64,000 nucleotides of DNA, taken from positions 896,001 through 960,000 of the forward strand of contig CBDCOH010000002.1 of assembly GCA_965219685.1 (NCBI GenBank), given 5' to 3'. Position numbers and translations under genes: made by a program. Shown here in pieces: positions 25,781 through 35,295 of the stretch (its first letter is position 1; each line of letters starts with the position of its first letter). The DNA comes from Candidatus Spongiisociaceae bacterium (GTDB lineage Bacteria > Actinomycetota > Acidimicrobiia > Spongiisociales > Spongiisociaceae). The notes under the pieces were generated by a model that was given only the letters and a program-made list of their open reading frames with translations, was not told where the DNA came from and ran no database searches.

Positions 25781-26851
25781 ATGTCTCAGCCCGGTCTCTC
25801 GCCCTCCCGGCGCCCCACCAGGGTACTTCTCGCCGAGCCGAACGGTTTCTGCGCCGGGGTGGACATGGCGATCAAGGCGCTCGTATGGATGGCGAAGATC
25901 TTCGAGCCTCCCGTCTACTGCTACCACGAGATCGTGCACAACCGGTTCGTGGTCGAGTCGTTCGAGCAGGCCGGGGTGGTGTTCGTGGATTCGGTCGACG
26001 AAGTGCCGGACGGCGCTCCCGTGATGCTGTCGGCCCATGGATCCGCTCCGGAGGTGCTGGAAGCAGCCAACGACCGGGCAGGGATCGTGGTCGACGCCGT
26101 GTGCCCGCTGGTGACGAAGATCCATCACGAAGTCAAGAGAGCGGCCGCGAAGGACTTCGACATCCTCTTCGTGGGTCACGAGGGTCATGACGAGGCGGTG
26201 GGCACCCTGGCCAGGGCGCCCGGTGCGATAACCCTCGTCGAACCCGAGACCGGGCTGGCATCCTTCGAGCCCAGGAACCCGGACAAGGTGGCTCTGTTCG
26301 CTCAGACCACCCTCGGGCTCCACGAGTGGAAGGCGATGGAGGCCGAAGCCGGTCAGCGCTTCCCGAAACTGGTTACGGCCCGCAAGAGCGATCTGTGCTA
26401 CGCGACCACGAACCGCCAGGACGCGGTGCGGGCGATGACCGGGGAGTGCGACCTGATCCTGGTGGTGGGTTCGGTCAACTCGTCCAACACCCAAGCGCTG
26501 GTCCGGACGGCCAACGTGATGGGGACGCGAGCGTACAGGGTCGACAATGTGGACGGGATCAGCGAGGACTGGCTCGAAGGCGCCGACGTGGTGGGTGTGA
26601 CTGCGGGGGCCTCGGCGCCCGACTACCTGGTGCGGGAGGTCCTCGAGCGGCTCGATCCCGTCGAGGGTTGGCACCTGTTCAGCGTCGCCGACGAGCAGGA
26701 GTACTTCCCCCTACCCCCCGGGCTCCGCAAGTTCGTCGGCGCGCTGACCCAGGGGATGGAGTTGGGCTTCACCTCCCGTCCAGGAGGCAGGGGTCCGATC
26801 GAACAGGACCGCCACCTGGGACCGATGTCGGCGCTCGACTCACTGCGGTGA
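25781..26851 (+). CDS. ispH: 4-hydroxy-3-methylbut-2-enyl diphosphate reductase
   Basis: GFCAGV, HEIVHN, SAHG, DAVCPLV, GH.GHDE, QTT, CYATTNRQ, SSN, TAGASAP. Confidence 0.97.
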   Translation: MSQPGLSPSRRPTRVLLAEPNGFCAGVDMAIKALVWMAKIFEPPVYCYHEIVHNRFVVESFEQAGVVFVDSVDEVPDGAPVMLSAHGSAPEVLEAANDRAGIVVDAVCPLVTKIHHEVKRAAAKDFDILFVGHEGHDEAVGTLARAPGAITLVEPETGLASFEPRNPDKVALFAQTTLGLHEWKAMEAEAGQRFPKLVTARKSDLCYATTNRQDAVRAMTGECDLILVVGSVNSSNTQALVRTANVMGTRAYRVDNVDGISEDWLEGADVVGVTAGASAPDYLVREVLERLDPVEGWHLFSVADEQEYFPLPPGLRKFVGALTQGMELGFTSRPGGRGPIEQDRHLGPMSALDSLR

Positions 26852-26873
26852 CCTGAACCGGGCAGGCCCGCCG

Positions 26874-27560
26874 TCAAGCAGCCGGGGAGGGTCGTATTCC
26901 CCGCTCCCCCGCCAGGTTGAGGACCGCCTCCACCACGCTCCGGACGTCTTTGTCCGAGGTGTCGATCACGATCGCGTCGCCGGCGGCCATCATGGGCGAG
27001 GCTCGCCGCGTCGAGTCGAGGTGGTCCCGCCGGGCGAGATGCCGCTGAGCGGTCCTCACCGGGATGGCCTGCTGGCCTGCCCTCCTGAGAGCCCTCACCT
27101 CCGGGAGAGCCTTGAGGAAGACCTTCAACGGAGCATCCGGGAACACCACGGTTCCGATGTCCCGCCCCTCCACGACCGCCCGGTTTCCTCGGGAGACCAG
27201 CCACTCACGCTGCCGGCGGGCCAGGAGCAGCCGGACGCCGGGGAGTGTCGAGAGCCGGCTCACCTCGGCGGTCACCGCGCCGGTCCGGATGGCCTCGCTC
27301 ATGTCGATGCCCTCGACCAGCATCCTGCCGTCGTCGTACTCAAGGCCGGAGCCGGCGATCACCGGCATGACCGAGGCGTCGCTGGAGAGGTCCAGTTTGT
27401 GCAGCATGGCGACCAGGGTCGCGGCCCGGTAGTAGGCGCCGGTGTCCAGGTGAGCACAGTTCAACTCCTCGGCCACCGCCCGGGACACGGTGGTCTTGCC
27501 GACCCCTCCGGGTCCGTCCACCGCGATGACGAATTCGGCCGGAGTCGGGGTCCCGCTCAC
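26874..27560 (-). CDS. cmk: Cytidylate kinase
   Basis: IAVDGPGGVGKTT, LDTGAYYR, EGRDIGTVVFPDA, RRDHLDS.R. Confidence 0.96.
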   Translation of the reverse strand: MSGTPTPAEFVIAVDGPGGVGKTTVSRAVAEELNCAHLDTGAYYRAATLVAMLHKLDLSSDASVMPVIAGSGLEYDDGRMLVEGIDMSEAIRTGAVTAEVSRLSTLPGVRLLLARRQREWLVSRGNRAVVEGRDIGTVVFPDAPLKVFLKALPEVRALRRAGQQAIPVRTAQRHLARRDHLDSTRRASPMMAAGDAIVIDTSDKDVRSVVEAVLNLAGERGIRPSPAA

Positions 27561-28810
27561 AGGGTCTCCAGCATGTCGAAGAAGCCCGGCCAGGTCTTGG
27601 CGACGCAGTCCGGGTCCTCTATGACCACGCCGGGCTGGACGAGGCCGGCCACCGCGAACGACATCGCCATGCGGTGGTCGTCGTAGGTTCGTATTCGCGC
27701 CGGTCGGAGGCCGCCCGGGGATATGGCGAGGTGATCATCCCCGGTCGTCACCCGGGCGCCCAGCCGGTTCAGTTCGTTCTCCAGGGCGGCGAGGCGGTCG
27801 GTCTCCTTGATCCGCAGGTTGGCGATGTTCGTGAAGAGGCTGGGAGTGCATGCGAAGGCCGCTACCACCGCCAGCCCGAGGGCGGCGTCCGGGCAGTTGT
27901 TCAGGTCGGCCTCGACGCCCCTCAGGCGGGGCGGCCCCTCCACGGTGATGCCCTCCGGAGCGGCCGCCACCCCGCAACCCATCTTCGCCAGCACCCCCAG
28001 GGCTGCCATGTCGGCCTGGGTGCTGCTGGGGTCTATGCCCGTCACGGTGATGGCGGCGCCGGTGATGGCCGCGGCGGCCCACGGGTAGACGGCCGCCGAG
28101 GCGTCCGCCTCCACGGCGAAGGTCGTGGACCGGTACCCGGTCGGCGGTACGGTGATGGACCCGTCGTCCTGCCACCGGGGCTCGGCCCCGAAAGCGGCCA
28201 TCACCTCGAGGGTGGTCTCCAGGTACGGTCGCGACACCACGTTGTCCCCGAGGTCCAGGGTGACCGTGCGCCCGGCCCGCGGGGAACTGAGCAGCACCGC
28301 CGAGACGAACTGGCTGGATCGCGATCCGTCGATCGGGATCCGTCCACCTGCCAGGCCGCCACCGGCGACCCGGACCGGGGGGAACTCCCCGCCGCGTTCC
28401 GCCTCGACCGTGGCGCCCAGAGCCCTGAGGGCTGCCACGAGGGGGCCGATGGGGCGTTCCCGCATGCGGGCGGTTCCGTCGATGACGCTAGGCCCGTCGG
28501 CCAGGGTCGCGACCGCGGTTATGAAACGGGCGGTGGTTCCCGAGGCCCGCGCATCGAGGTGGCCCCCACCCCTGGGCACGCCGTTCGAGTGGATCTCGAA
28601 GCTCCGCCCGCCGGTTTCGACGCCGATCCCCAAGCGCCGGAGACACCGGACCATGGCGTCGGTGTCGTCGCTGCGGAGGGGGTCGACGACAGTCGACCGG
28701 CCCTCGGACAGAGCCGCCGTGACCAGGGCCCGGTTGGTGATGCTCTTGGAACCCGGAGGTCGCACGGTCGTGTCCCGCACCTCCCGGGGCCGAACCTCGT
28801 ACCCGTTCAC
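27557..28810 (-). CDS. aroA: 3-phosphoshikimate 1-carboxyvinyltransferase
   Basis: PGSKSITNR, ASGTTARF, MRERP, SSQFVS, LRIKETDR, YDDHRMAM, KTWPGF. Confidence 0.97.
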   Translation of the reverse strand: MNGYEVRPREVRDTTVRPPGSKSITNRALVTAALSEGRSTVVDPLRSDDTDAMVRCLRRLGIGVETGGRSFEIHSNGVPRGGGHLDARASGTTARFITAVATLADGPSVIDGTARMRERPIGPLVAALRALGATVEAERGGEFPPVRVAGGGLAGGRIPIDGSRSSQFVSAVLLSSPRAGRTVTLDLGDNVVSRPYLETTLEVMAAFGAEPRWQDDGSITVPPTGYRSTTFAVEADASAAVYPWAAAAITGAAITVTGIDPSSTQADMAALGVLAKMGCGVAAAPEGITVEGPPRLRGVEADLNNCPDAALGLAVVAAFACTPSLFTNIANLRIKETDRLAALENELNRLGARVTTGDDHLAISPGGLRPARIRTYDDHRMAMSFAVAGLVQPGVVIEDPDCVAKTWPGFFDMLETL

Positions 28811-29574
28811 CCCGACATCTCCCTGTCCGCGCGATGGCGGGTCGCTCCCATCGCGTGCCTGTAGAAGGCTCTCACCTCGCCGACGTCGAGACAGCGCCAC
28901 TCGCCCGGCGCCAGAGCCCGGTCGCGCAACTGCCCGATCGACGTGCGATGGAGGCGCACGACGCGGAAGCCCAGTGCTTCCCACAGGCGCCGGATCTCCC
29001 GGTTGCGGCCTTCGCTCATCGACATCTCCAGATGGGAACGGTGCCCGTCCGATCCGACTTTGCGCACGGCGACCACCCGCGCCGGCCCGTCCTCCAAGTC
29101 GATCCCGCGGCGGATCCGGGCCAGGTGCCGAGCAGTGGTGGGGCCGTCCACCAGCACATCGTAGGTCTTGGCGATCCCGTACCGGGGGTGGGTGACGAGG
29201 TTGGCGAAGCCGCCGTCGTTGGTGAGGAGAAGCAGCCCGGTCGTGTCCGCGTCCAGCCGGCCCACCGGGAACACGCGGGGGCGGGAAGGCACCAGATCCA
29301 CGACGGTCGGCCTGCCCTCCGGGTCCCGCGTGGTGCTGATCACCCCTAGCGGCTTGTGAAGAAGGTAGTAGACCAGGTCCGGGTTCACGGGGAGCCTTAT
29401 CCCGTCGACCAGTACCTCGGCCGAGGTGGGATCCACCCGCTGCCCGGGGCGTGCGATCCGGCCGTCCACCGAGACCCGACCCTCGACGATCAGGCTGTCG
29501 GCGCCCCTGCGGGAGGTCAAGCCGCTCCGGGCGATGACCTTCTGGAGCCGTTCAGCGTTGGTCGGCGGGGTCAC
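28807..29574 (-). CDS. rluB: rRNA pseudouridine synthase (RluB/RsuA family)
   Basis: S4 domain ERLQK...SRR, VGRLDADTTGLLLLTNDG, EGRNREIRR; follows scpB. Confidence 0.92.
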   Translation of the reverse strand: MTPPTNAERLQKVIARSGLTSRRGADSLIVEGRVSVDGRIARPGQRVDPTSAEVLVDGIRLPVNPDLVYYLLHKPLGVISTTRDPEGRPTVVDLVPSRPRVFPVGRLDADTTGLLLLTNDGGFANLVTHPRYGIAKTYDVLVDGPTTARHLARIRRGIDLEDGPARVVAVRKVGSDGHRSHLEMSMSEGRNREIRRLWEALGFRVVRLHRTSIGQLRDRALAPGEWRCLDVGEVRAFYRHAMGATRHRADREMSG

Positions 29575-30127
29575 CGGAGAAAGTGGATGGGCGGTCGAGT
29601 GACTCCGCCACGTCGGGCGGCGGCATGTGGTCAGCCAGTGGGGGCAACCCGGCCAGGGATCCGAGTCCGAGAGCCTCGAGGAACGCCGGGGTGGTGGAGT
29701 AGACGGCCGGGCTGCCGGGCGTGGGGAGCCGACCGGTCGCCTCCACCAGCCCGCGCCGGTTGAGCGTGCGCAGCGCGGAAGCGGAGTCCACGCCGCGCAG
29801 TTCGGAGATCTGGCCGAGTGTGACGGGCTGCCGGTAGGCGACCACGGCCAGCACTTCGAGGGCGGCGTTGGACAGGCGGGCCGCGGTTCCCGTCGTCGAG
29901 AACCTCTCCAGGTAGGGCAAGGCCTCAGCCTTGGTGTACAGGCGCCATCCTCCGGCCACGTAACGAAGCACCACTCCCCGATCCTCGTCCGCCAGCCGAT
30001 CGGCCCAAGCAGCCAGTTCGGCCTTCACCTCGGCCAGCGGCACTTCCAGTACCTGGGCCAGTTCACCCTCCGGGATCGGTTGCTCCGCAACGAAGAGGAT
30101 CGCTTCGAGGGCTGCCCTGGGATTCAT
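29552..30127 (-). CDS. scpB: SMC-Scp complex subunit ScpB
   Basis: LEAILF, VAGGWRL, LS.AALE.LA.VAYRQP, RGVDS, TT..FL...GL.SL..LP. Confidence 0.95.
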   Translation of the reverse strand: MNPRAALEAILFVAEQPIPEGELAQVLEVPLAEVKAELAAWADRLADEDRGVVLRYVAGGWRLYTKAEALPYLERFSTTGTAARLSNAALEVLAVVAYRQPVTLGQISELRGVDSASALRTLNRRGLVEATGRLPTPGSPAVYSTTPAFLEALGLGSLAGLPPLADHMPPPDVAESLDRPSTFSGDPADQR

Positions 30128-30894
30128 GCGCCGTTCCCGTAGGCGACCGGCAACTCGGCGGGCGCGCCGCGGATGCGCCGCACCGAAATCTCGGACGGAT
30201 CGTTCTGGGCGACCGACACCACCCCCCAGCGGGCCAGTTCCAGCATCGCCAGGAAGTAGGCGGCCACCTCGACCCTCCGGGTGCAGTGGGCGACCAGGCG
30301 TTCGAAGGTCGATTCCAACTCCGCGACGATGCGAGTCCGGATCTCCTCGATGGCGTCGCCGACCGACGGCAGGTCCAGGTCGAGATGGTCCATCTCCACC
30401 TCGGGTTCGGGAAGGTCGGTGCCGGCCATTCCGTCGATCAGGGCGGCCAGGGTCTCGGGAGTGACGCCCGCCGGCAGGGCCGGAGTCCGGGGTCGTGGCA
30501 GCTGCCGGTCGATGCCCACCGAGCGGCCCACGTGGCGTCCGGCCTCCGTGAACCGGTGCCTCAGCACGGTTGCCACGTCCTGGAAGGTGAGCAGGGTCAA
30601 CAGCCTCGCGAGGAGCCGGTCCCGCTCGTCCAGCAGGGCGAGTTCCTCCTCCAGGTCGACCTCCTCCTCGTCGGGGAGCAGGAACCGGGCCTTGAGGTGG
30701 ATGAGGATGGCGGCCATCAGGACGAACCCGGATGTGGTGTCGAGGCCTGGGTCTCGCTCGTGGAGCGCCTGGAGGAAGTCGTCGACGATGCCGGTGATTC
30801 TCACCCTGGTGATGTCGACGTGGTTCCGGCCTACCAGTTGCAGCAGCAGGTCGAACGGACCGTTGAAGACATCGGTTCTCACTTCGTACGTCAC
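30124..30894 (-). CDS. scpA: Segregation and condensation protein ScpA
   Basis: F.GPFDLLLQL, FVLMAA.L..LKAR.LLP, FLAMLEL. Confidence 0.95.
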   Translation of the reverse strand: MTYEVRTDVFNGPFDLLLQLVGRNHVDITRVRITGIVDDFLQALHERDPGLDTTSGFVLMAAILIHLKARFLLPDEEEVDLEEELALLDERDRLLARLLTLLTFQDVATVLRHRFTEAGRHVGRSVGIDRQLPRPRTPALPAGVTPETLAALIDGMAGTDLPEPEVEMDHLDLDLPSVGDAIEEIRTRIVAELESTFERLVAHCTRRVEVAAYFLAMLELARWGVVSVAQNDPSEISVRRIRGAPAELPVAYGNGA

Positions 30895-30990
30895 AGGCCA
30901 CTCACTGGTCGCTGGTACGGCACCGGAGACTCGCCTCACTCAATCGGGGTTATGCCATCGTAGGTGGAAACGTCCGTGACGGACGGTCTT

Positions 30991-31512
30991 TCAGGGACGG
31001 GCGGCGGCGCGGCGCGGCCACGGCGGTCCCGCCCGGTCGGCGGCCTGCAGGACAGCCCAGTCCTCCGGCGATATCCCGCCGGGTCGACCCCCGTGATGAT
31101 GGCGTGCATAGGCCACGACCAGGGGTTCGGCGCCCGCTCGGGCCAGTTCGGCGGCGCCGAGCCTGCCGTGGTCCAGGTAGGCGGTCGCCCTCGGCGTGGA
31201 ACGGTTCAACGCTCCGCACAGCACAGCCCACGACCGTCCGACAGCGCCGAGACCGCTGTGGCGCTTGCCGATGTCGTGGAACAGCGCAGCCCGGACCACG
31301 TCCCTCCGATCCCGGCAGGCCGCGAGCACGCGGCGCGCGGACGCCAGGGCGTGGCGCTGGTCGGCACGCGGCTGTGCCCAGAACAGGGCGCGCTCCTCCG
31401 GCGAGAGTAGGTACTGCGCCACCTCGGCCTGCTCGCTCGGCGACAGGCGGCGGGACGACACGACGTCCAGCAAGCGGGCCGCCAGGTGGAGCGGTCGGGC
31501 GACGGGCCCCAT
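30991..31512 (-). CDS. HD domain protein
   Basis: DQRH...AALFHDIGK...H...HH...AD. Confidence 0.82.
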   Translation of the reverse strand: MGPVARPLHLAARLLDVVSSRRLSPSEQAEVAQYLLSPEERALFWAQPRADQRHALASARRVLAACRDRRDVVRAALFHDIGKRHSGLGAVGRSWAVLCGALNRSTPRATAYLDHGRLGAAELARAGAEPLVVAYARHHHGGRPGGISPEDWAVLQAADRAGPPWPRRAAARP

Positions 31513-31564
31513 CAGGAGTTGCGTGGATCCGGTCGGCTCACCGGGACCCTGCCGGGACGGTGGC

Positions 31565-31906
31565 TTAACGCGCGGACTTGCAGCGGACGCAGCGGCGGGA
31601 GATGGGCCGCGCCTCCATCCGCTCGGGCGGGATACGGGTTCCGCATGAGGAGCAGACGCCGTAGGTCCCGTCCTCGATCCGGGCCAGGCAGGCGTCGACC
31701 TGGTCGAGACGGGTCTTCAACGAGTCCACGATCCCCAGCACCTCGGTCCGCTCGGCGGTGGTGGCCGCCGCGTCGGCGAACCCCTCACCGAAGTCCAAGT
31801 CGCGGCGGAGGTCACCCGACTCGTCCGCGCCGAGTTGCGACAACTGGTGCACCAGCCGATCCCGCTCCTCCAGCAGTATCTCCCGGGCTGCCGAATGGTC
31901 GACCAT
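31565..31906 (-). CDS. TraR/DksA C4-type zinc finger protein
   Basis: Coiled coil with ADAA tip; GTYGVCSSCG..IP.ER.EA.P....CVRCK. Confidence 0.9.
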   Translation of the reverse strand: MVDHSAAREILLEERDRLVHQLSQLGADESGDLRRDLDFGEGFADAAATTAERTEVLGIVDSLKTRLDQVDACLARIEDGTYGVCSSCGTRIPPERMEARPISRRCVRCKSAR

Positions 31907-31939
31907 TTCGAACCCTCTCGATGGTTGAAGGTCTGTGCT

Positions 31940-32821
31940 CTATCGCAAGGCTCTTGGATGGGTCTCCACGTAAACCTCGTGGAGGTGCTGGAGCGACATG
32001 CGCGTGTACACCTGTGTTGTTGAGACACTAGCGTGGCCCAGGATTTCTTGGACGGTGCGGAGGTCCGCTCCCCCCTCGACCATGTGGGTGGCGGCCGAGT
32101 GGCGCAGCACGTGCGGTGATATACGGGTCTGCGGTATGCCCACCGCCAGGGCGTGCTTGCGGACGATGCCGAAGACCCCTTGGCGGGTCAACCGTCCCCC
32201 CCTGGCGTTCAGGAACACCGCCCCCGGGTCCTCCCTCGCGCCGCACAGTTCGAGGCGGACGGGCAGGTATGCCCCGATCGCTTCCACCGCGGGCCGGCCC
32301 AGCAGGACCAGGCGCTGCTTGTTCCCCTTGCCGGTAACCATGGCGCTGTGGGTGTCCAGGTCCAGTGCCACCAGATCGAGCCCCACCAGTTCGCTGACAC
32401 GGACCGCGGTCCCGTACATGGTCTCCAGCATGGCGCGGTCCCGGATGCCCAGGTTCGTATCCGCAGGAGGCGCCTCCACGAGGCGGATCGTCTCGTGCAC
32501 CTCCAGCGCCTTGGGGAAACTCATCGGAGTGCGCGGGGTCTCGGTGAACCGGGTCGGGTCCTCGTCCGTCTCGCCCTCGGCCACCAGGAACCGGTGGAAA
32601 CCCCTGACCGCGGCCAGCTTGCGGGCGATGGTCGCCGGACGCATCCCCTGTTCGTACAGCGAGGCCAGGAATCCGTCCACCAACTCCGGCGTGGCCGCCT
32701 CCTCCTCCAGATACTCCAGGTAGCCGGCCAGGTCACGCCGGTAGGCCGAGATCGTGTTGACAGCCAGCCCCCGCTCGACCGCCAACGCCGTCAGGTAACC
32801 GTCGACTCGGTCGATCAGCAC
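31940..32821 (-). CDS. xerD: Tyrosine recombinase XerD
   Basis: ERGLA.NT..AYRRDL, RDRAMLE, GKGNKQR, SPHVLRHS.ATH, QEILGH, TTQVYT; conserved position near scpAB. Confidence 0.93.
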   Translation of the reverse strand: MLIDRVDGYLTALAVERGLAVNTISAYRRDLAGYLEYLEEEAATPELVDGFLASLYEQGMRPATIARKLAAVRGFHRFLVAEGETDEDPTRFTETPRTPMSFPKALEVHETIRLVEAPPADTNLGIRDRAMLETMYGTAVRVSELVGLDLVALDLDTHSAMVTGKGNKQRLVLLGRPAVEAIGAYLPVRLELCGAREDPGAVFLNARGGRLTRQGVFGIVRKHALAVGIPQTRISPHVLRHSAATHMVEGGADLRTVQEILGHASVSTTQVYTRMSLQHLHEVYVETHPRALR

Positions 32822-32939
32822 GTTGGTCGTGTCCTCTGCTGCATTGCTCCGTGCTCGGGAGACCTCGGTCTACGGCTCAATGCTACGAGCCATAGGCTGC
32901 TTGTGTCTGTCGATTGACGGTGCCGGTTGAAACGAGGAC

Positions 32940-33953
32940 TCAGTGGCGACGCACCCTCCGGGCGGGCGCGGGGCCTGTGTCCAAGTAGTCACTTCGGACG
33001 GAGGGGTGGCGGCTTCCCGGTGGCGCGGTCGCACGGGGAGGCTCCACGAAGATGTTCTCGTGGTGCCAGTTCACATAGTTGATATCGGGTGGGTGGTAAG
33101 CGGCTTGCGGCCTCCGCATCAGTCTGCCCGCCAATGAGATAACCGGCATCCGCGTTGTCCCATCGCTTACGATCATGTGCTGGCTGACTTGTATCCGCAG
33201 ATCCTCGTCGAGGCCCATCGCTCCCCGGTCGAACAGTCGATGATGCAGGACACAGAGGGCGATTCCGTTGTCCGGATCGTCGGGCCCGTTGAAAGAACGC
33301 ATCTTCACGTGGGCTGCGTCGATAGCCACTGCGGCACCTCTGAGACTTCCATCAAACCCGCAGAATGCACAAGAGTTCTCGTATGCAAGAAGAACCGTCC
33401 CTCTGAAGCCGGGGGCTCTCTTGGGTGGGACCGGCACCACGACATTTGCGAGTCCAACCTCTTCGAGTACCTCGCTATGTAGCGTTTCGGGAAACGCGGT
33501 CAGTAGCTCATTGACCACTTGAGAACGCAGGTTCGCGTCCTCAAGAGCCTTCTCGAAGGTGGGGGCGAACCGGCCGGACACTCGTCGCCTGCGTAGGAGC
33601 GAGACCTTCAGCTTCTCATCTTGTCTCATCTTGGTGACGTCTTCACCAGACGCCGTTTCCACTCTCCACAGTTCCCGGTCGCTACCTAGGTAAACGAAAG
33701 GATGCTGAGGCTTGGGATCGGAGCTTGCGAACCGGTGCTTGTCCAACAGTGCCCTGAGCGGCTCCTCCGCATCGCGAAAGCTGATCCGCGTCGGTAGACC
33801 ATTGGCCTTGCGGCCGATCACCCAGAGAAGCAACAGTGGCTTGTAGGGGGCACGCCTGTCCTCGGTTCCGTATCGACCGATTGACCCGACCCTGGCCACC
33901 CAGTCCTGAATGTCTGCCGCTCCCGACACGCGACCGGCGACCTCTTTACCCAA
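32940..33953 (-). CDS. HNH endonuclease with N-terminal SBD-like domain (phosphorothioate-dependent type IV restriction enzyme-like)
   Basis: RAPYKPLLLL ... HPFVYL..D..LW N-terminal domain; FR..VL.AY..CAFCG, DAAHVK, NGIALCVLHHRLFDRG, WH; visibly lower GC than neighbours. Start uncertain. Confidence 0.8.
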   Translation of the reverse strand: MGKEVAGRVSGAADIQDWVARVGSIGRYGTEDRRAPYKPLLLLWVIGRKANGLPTRISFRDAEEPLRALLDKHRFASSDPKPQHPFVYLGSDRELWRVETASGEDVTKMRQDEKLKVSLLRRRRVSGRFAPTFEKALEDANLRSQVVNELLTAFPETLHSEVLEEVGLANVVVPVPPKRAPGFRGTVLLAYENSCAFCGFDGSLRGAAVAIDAAHVKMRSFNGPDDPDNGIALCVLHHRLFDRGAMGLDEDLRIQVSQHMIVSDGTTRMPVISLAGRLMRRPQAAYHPPDINYVNWHHENIFVEPPRATAPPGSRHPSVRSDYLDTGPAPARRVRRH

Positions 33954-34057
33954 CCTGGTTCCTCAAGAAAGAAAACGATCAGGCCCGACCCTACCAGTAC
34001 GACCGTATCGTCCTTACTTCGGCTCCGATCCACCGCAAAAACGTGTGTTGGTAGCGT

Positions 34058-34078
34058 CACGGCGCCGTCGGCGCCGTG
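34058..34078. repeat. Perfect 10-bp inverted repeat
   Basis: CACGGCGCCG-T-CGGCGCCGTG, just downstream of DUF1295. Confidence 0.6.
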
Positions 34079-34100
34079 CATCACGAAGCGGCGGCGGTGC

Positions 34101-34898
34101 TCACCGTCCCTGCCGGCGAGGTGGTCTCGGGATGAAGGCGCTGGTCCTCCGGGCGTATGCAGCGTAGCCCGGACGTCTCTCGCCGATGGTGCGTTCCAGC
34201 AGCGCCACGCCCGAGACCCGCAGCAGGAGGACGGTCATGACCAGCGGTCCGGCAACCGTCCACTCGGCGCCGGCCGTCAGGGCCGGGAGATAGATCCCCC
34301 ACCAGACCAGGCAGTTGCCGAAGTAGTTGGGGTGGCGGCTGTAGCACCAAAGACCCCGGTCCATCACCCGGGCGCGGTTGTCCCGGTCGGCGAGGAATCG
34401 GCGCAGTTGGCCGTCCGAGATGGCCTCGAAGGCGAAGCCGGTTCCCCACACGACCATCCCGGCCCAGTCGATCCAACCGAGCGGGTGCCCACCCACATCG
34501 GTCAGTACTGCTTGTACGGGCAGCGACACGACCGTTACCAGTGCGCCCTGCAGCAGGAACACGATCACCAGGCTCCACCACGCGAACGGCCGCCAGCGCC
34601 GCCGCATCGCCACGTACCGGTAGTCCTCCGGCGCTCCCCACTTGCGCACCGCCAGATGAGCCGCGAGCCGGATCCCCCAGACGGAGACCATCGTGAGCAT
34701 CAGGACGGATCGTCCGGCAGAGCGATCGCCCTCCCCCCAGATCCACATCGCCCACGCCGCGGCGACGAACACCACCGGCCAGATCGGGTCGACGATGGAA
34801 ACGTCCCGCTTGCGGAGGCTCACCAGCCAGGTGGAACCCATCAGCGCCGCAGCCACCATGCCCGTAATGACCGTCCCGTTGAACATGGTGGCCCTCAT
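34101..34898 (-). CDS. DUF1295 / steroid 5-alpha reductase family membrane protein
   Basis: SIVD..W, WGIRL, ED.RY, E..SD.QL..F, GLW.YSRHPNYFG, VSGV.LLE, Y...TSAF.P. Confidence 0.92.
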   Translation of the reverse strand: MRATMFNGTVITGMVAAALMGSTWLVSLRKRDVSIVDPIWPVVFVAAAWAMWIWGEGDRSAGRSVLMLTMVSVWGIRLAAHLAVRKWGAPEDYRYVAMRRRWRPFAWWSLVIVFLLQGALVTVVSLPVQAVLTDVGGHPLGWIDWAGMVVWGTGFAFEAISDGQLRRFLADRDNRARVMDRGLWCYSRHPNYFGNCLVWWGIYLPALTAGAEWTVAGPLVMTVLLLRVSGVALLERTIGERRPGYAAYARRTSAFIPRPPRRQGR

Positions 34899-35138
34899 GG
34901 GTCGGCGATCCTACCCATCGTCACCCGATGCAGGGTGATGCGTCGTCGACAAGGGCAACCTTAGAGCCAGCGTCTCTGCTCACCGGCCCCCTCCGCGAGG
35001 TCCGCGATCCATTGCGCTGGGAGCGTAAGCGTCAAGAGCATCCGCAGTACTCTCTTCTATGTCGCGGGGGTCACCGCCCTATTGGGTCCGGCCAACTGGC
35101 TGTTGGCTGTCCCAACGAGCCGTGACCCCGGCTTGCAG

Positions 35139-35178
35139 TATACACAAAGCTTAAAGTTACAGTCAAAGGTTGAGGTTC
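35139..35178. promoter_or_regulatory. AT-rich promoter/operator region between divergent DUF1295 and photolyase genes
   Basis: TATACACAAAGCTTAAAGTTACAGTCAAAGGTTGAGG in a high-GC background. Confidence 0.4.
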
Positions 35179-35295
35179 GACTTCCGACCTGCCGCCGACG
35201 CCGGTGTCTTCCTGAGTGTTCCCCGGCCGATAGTCGTCCGGCCGCCACCCGCATAGGCCTGCAGCCCGATAACGTTGCAACCCATCGTGGGACAG

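Noticed and set aside
31940-32821. Tyrosine recombinase as the integrase of a mobile element carrying the HNH gene
   Set aside because: Sequence and position match housekeeping XerD; no att repeats were seen.
32868-32905. Weak 7-nt periodicity (ctacggc tcaatgc tacgagc cataggc) beside the HNH insertion
   Set aside because: Only a GC dinucleotide recurs; too weak to distinguish from chance by eye.
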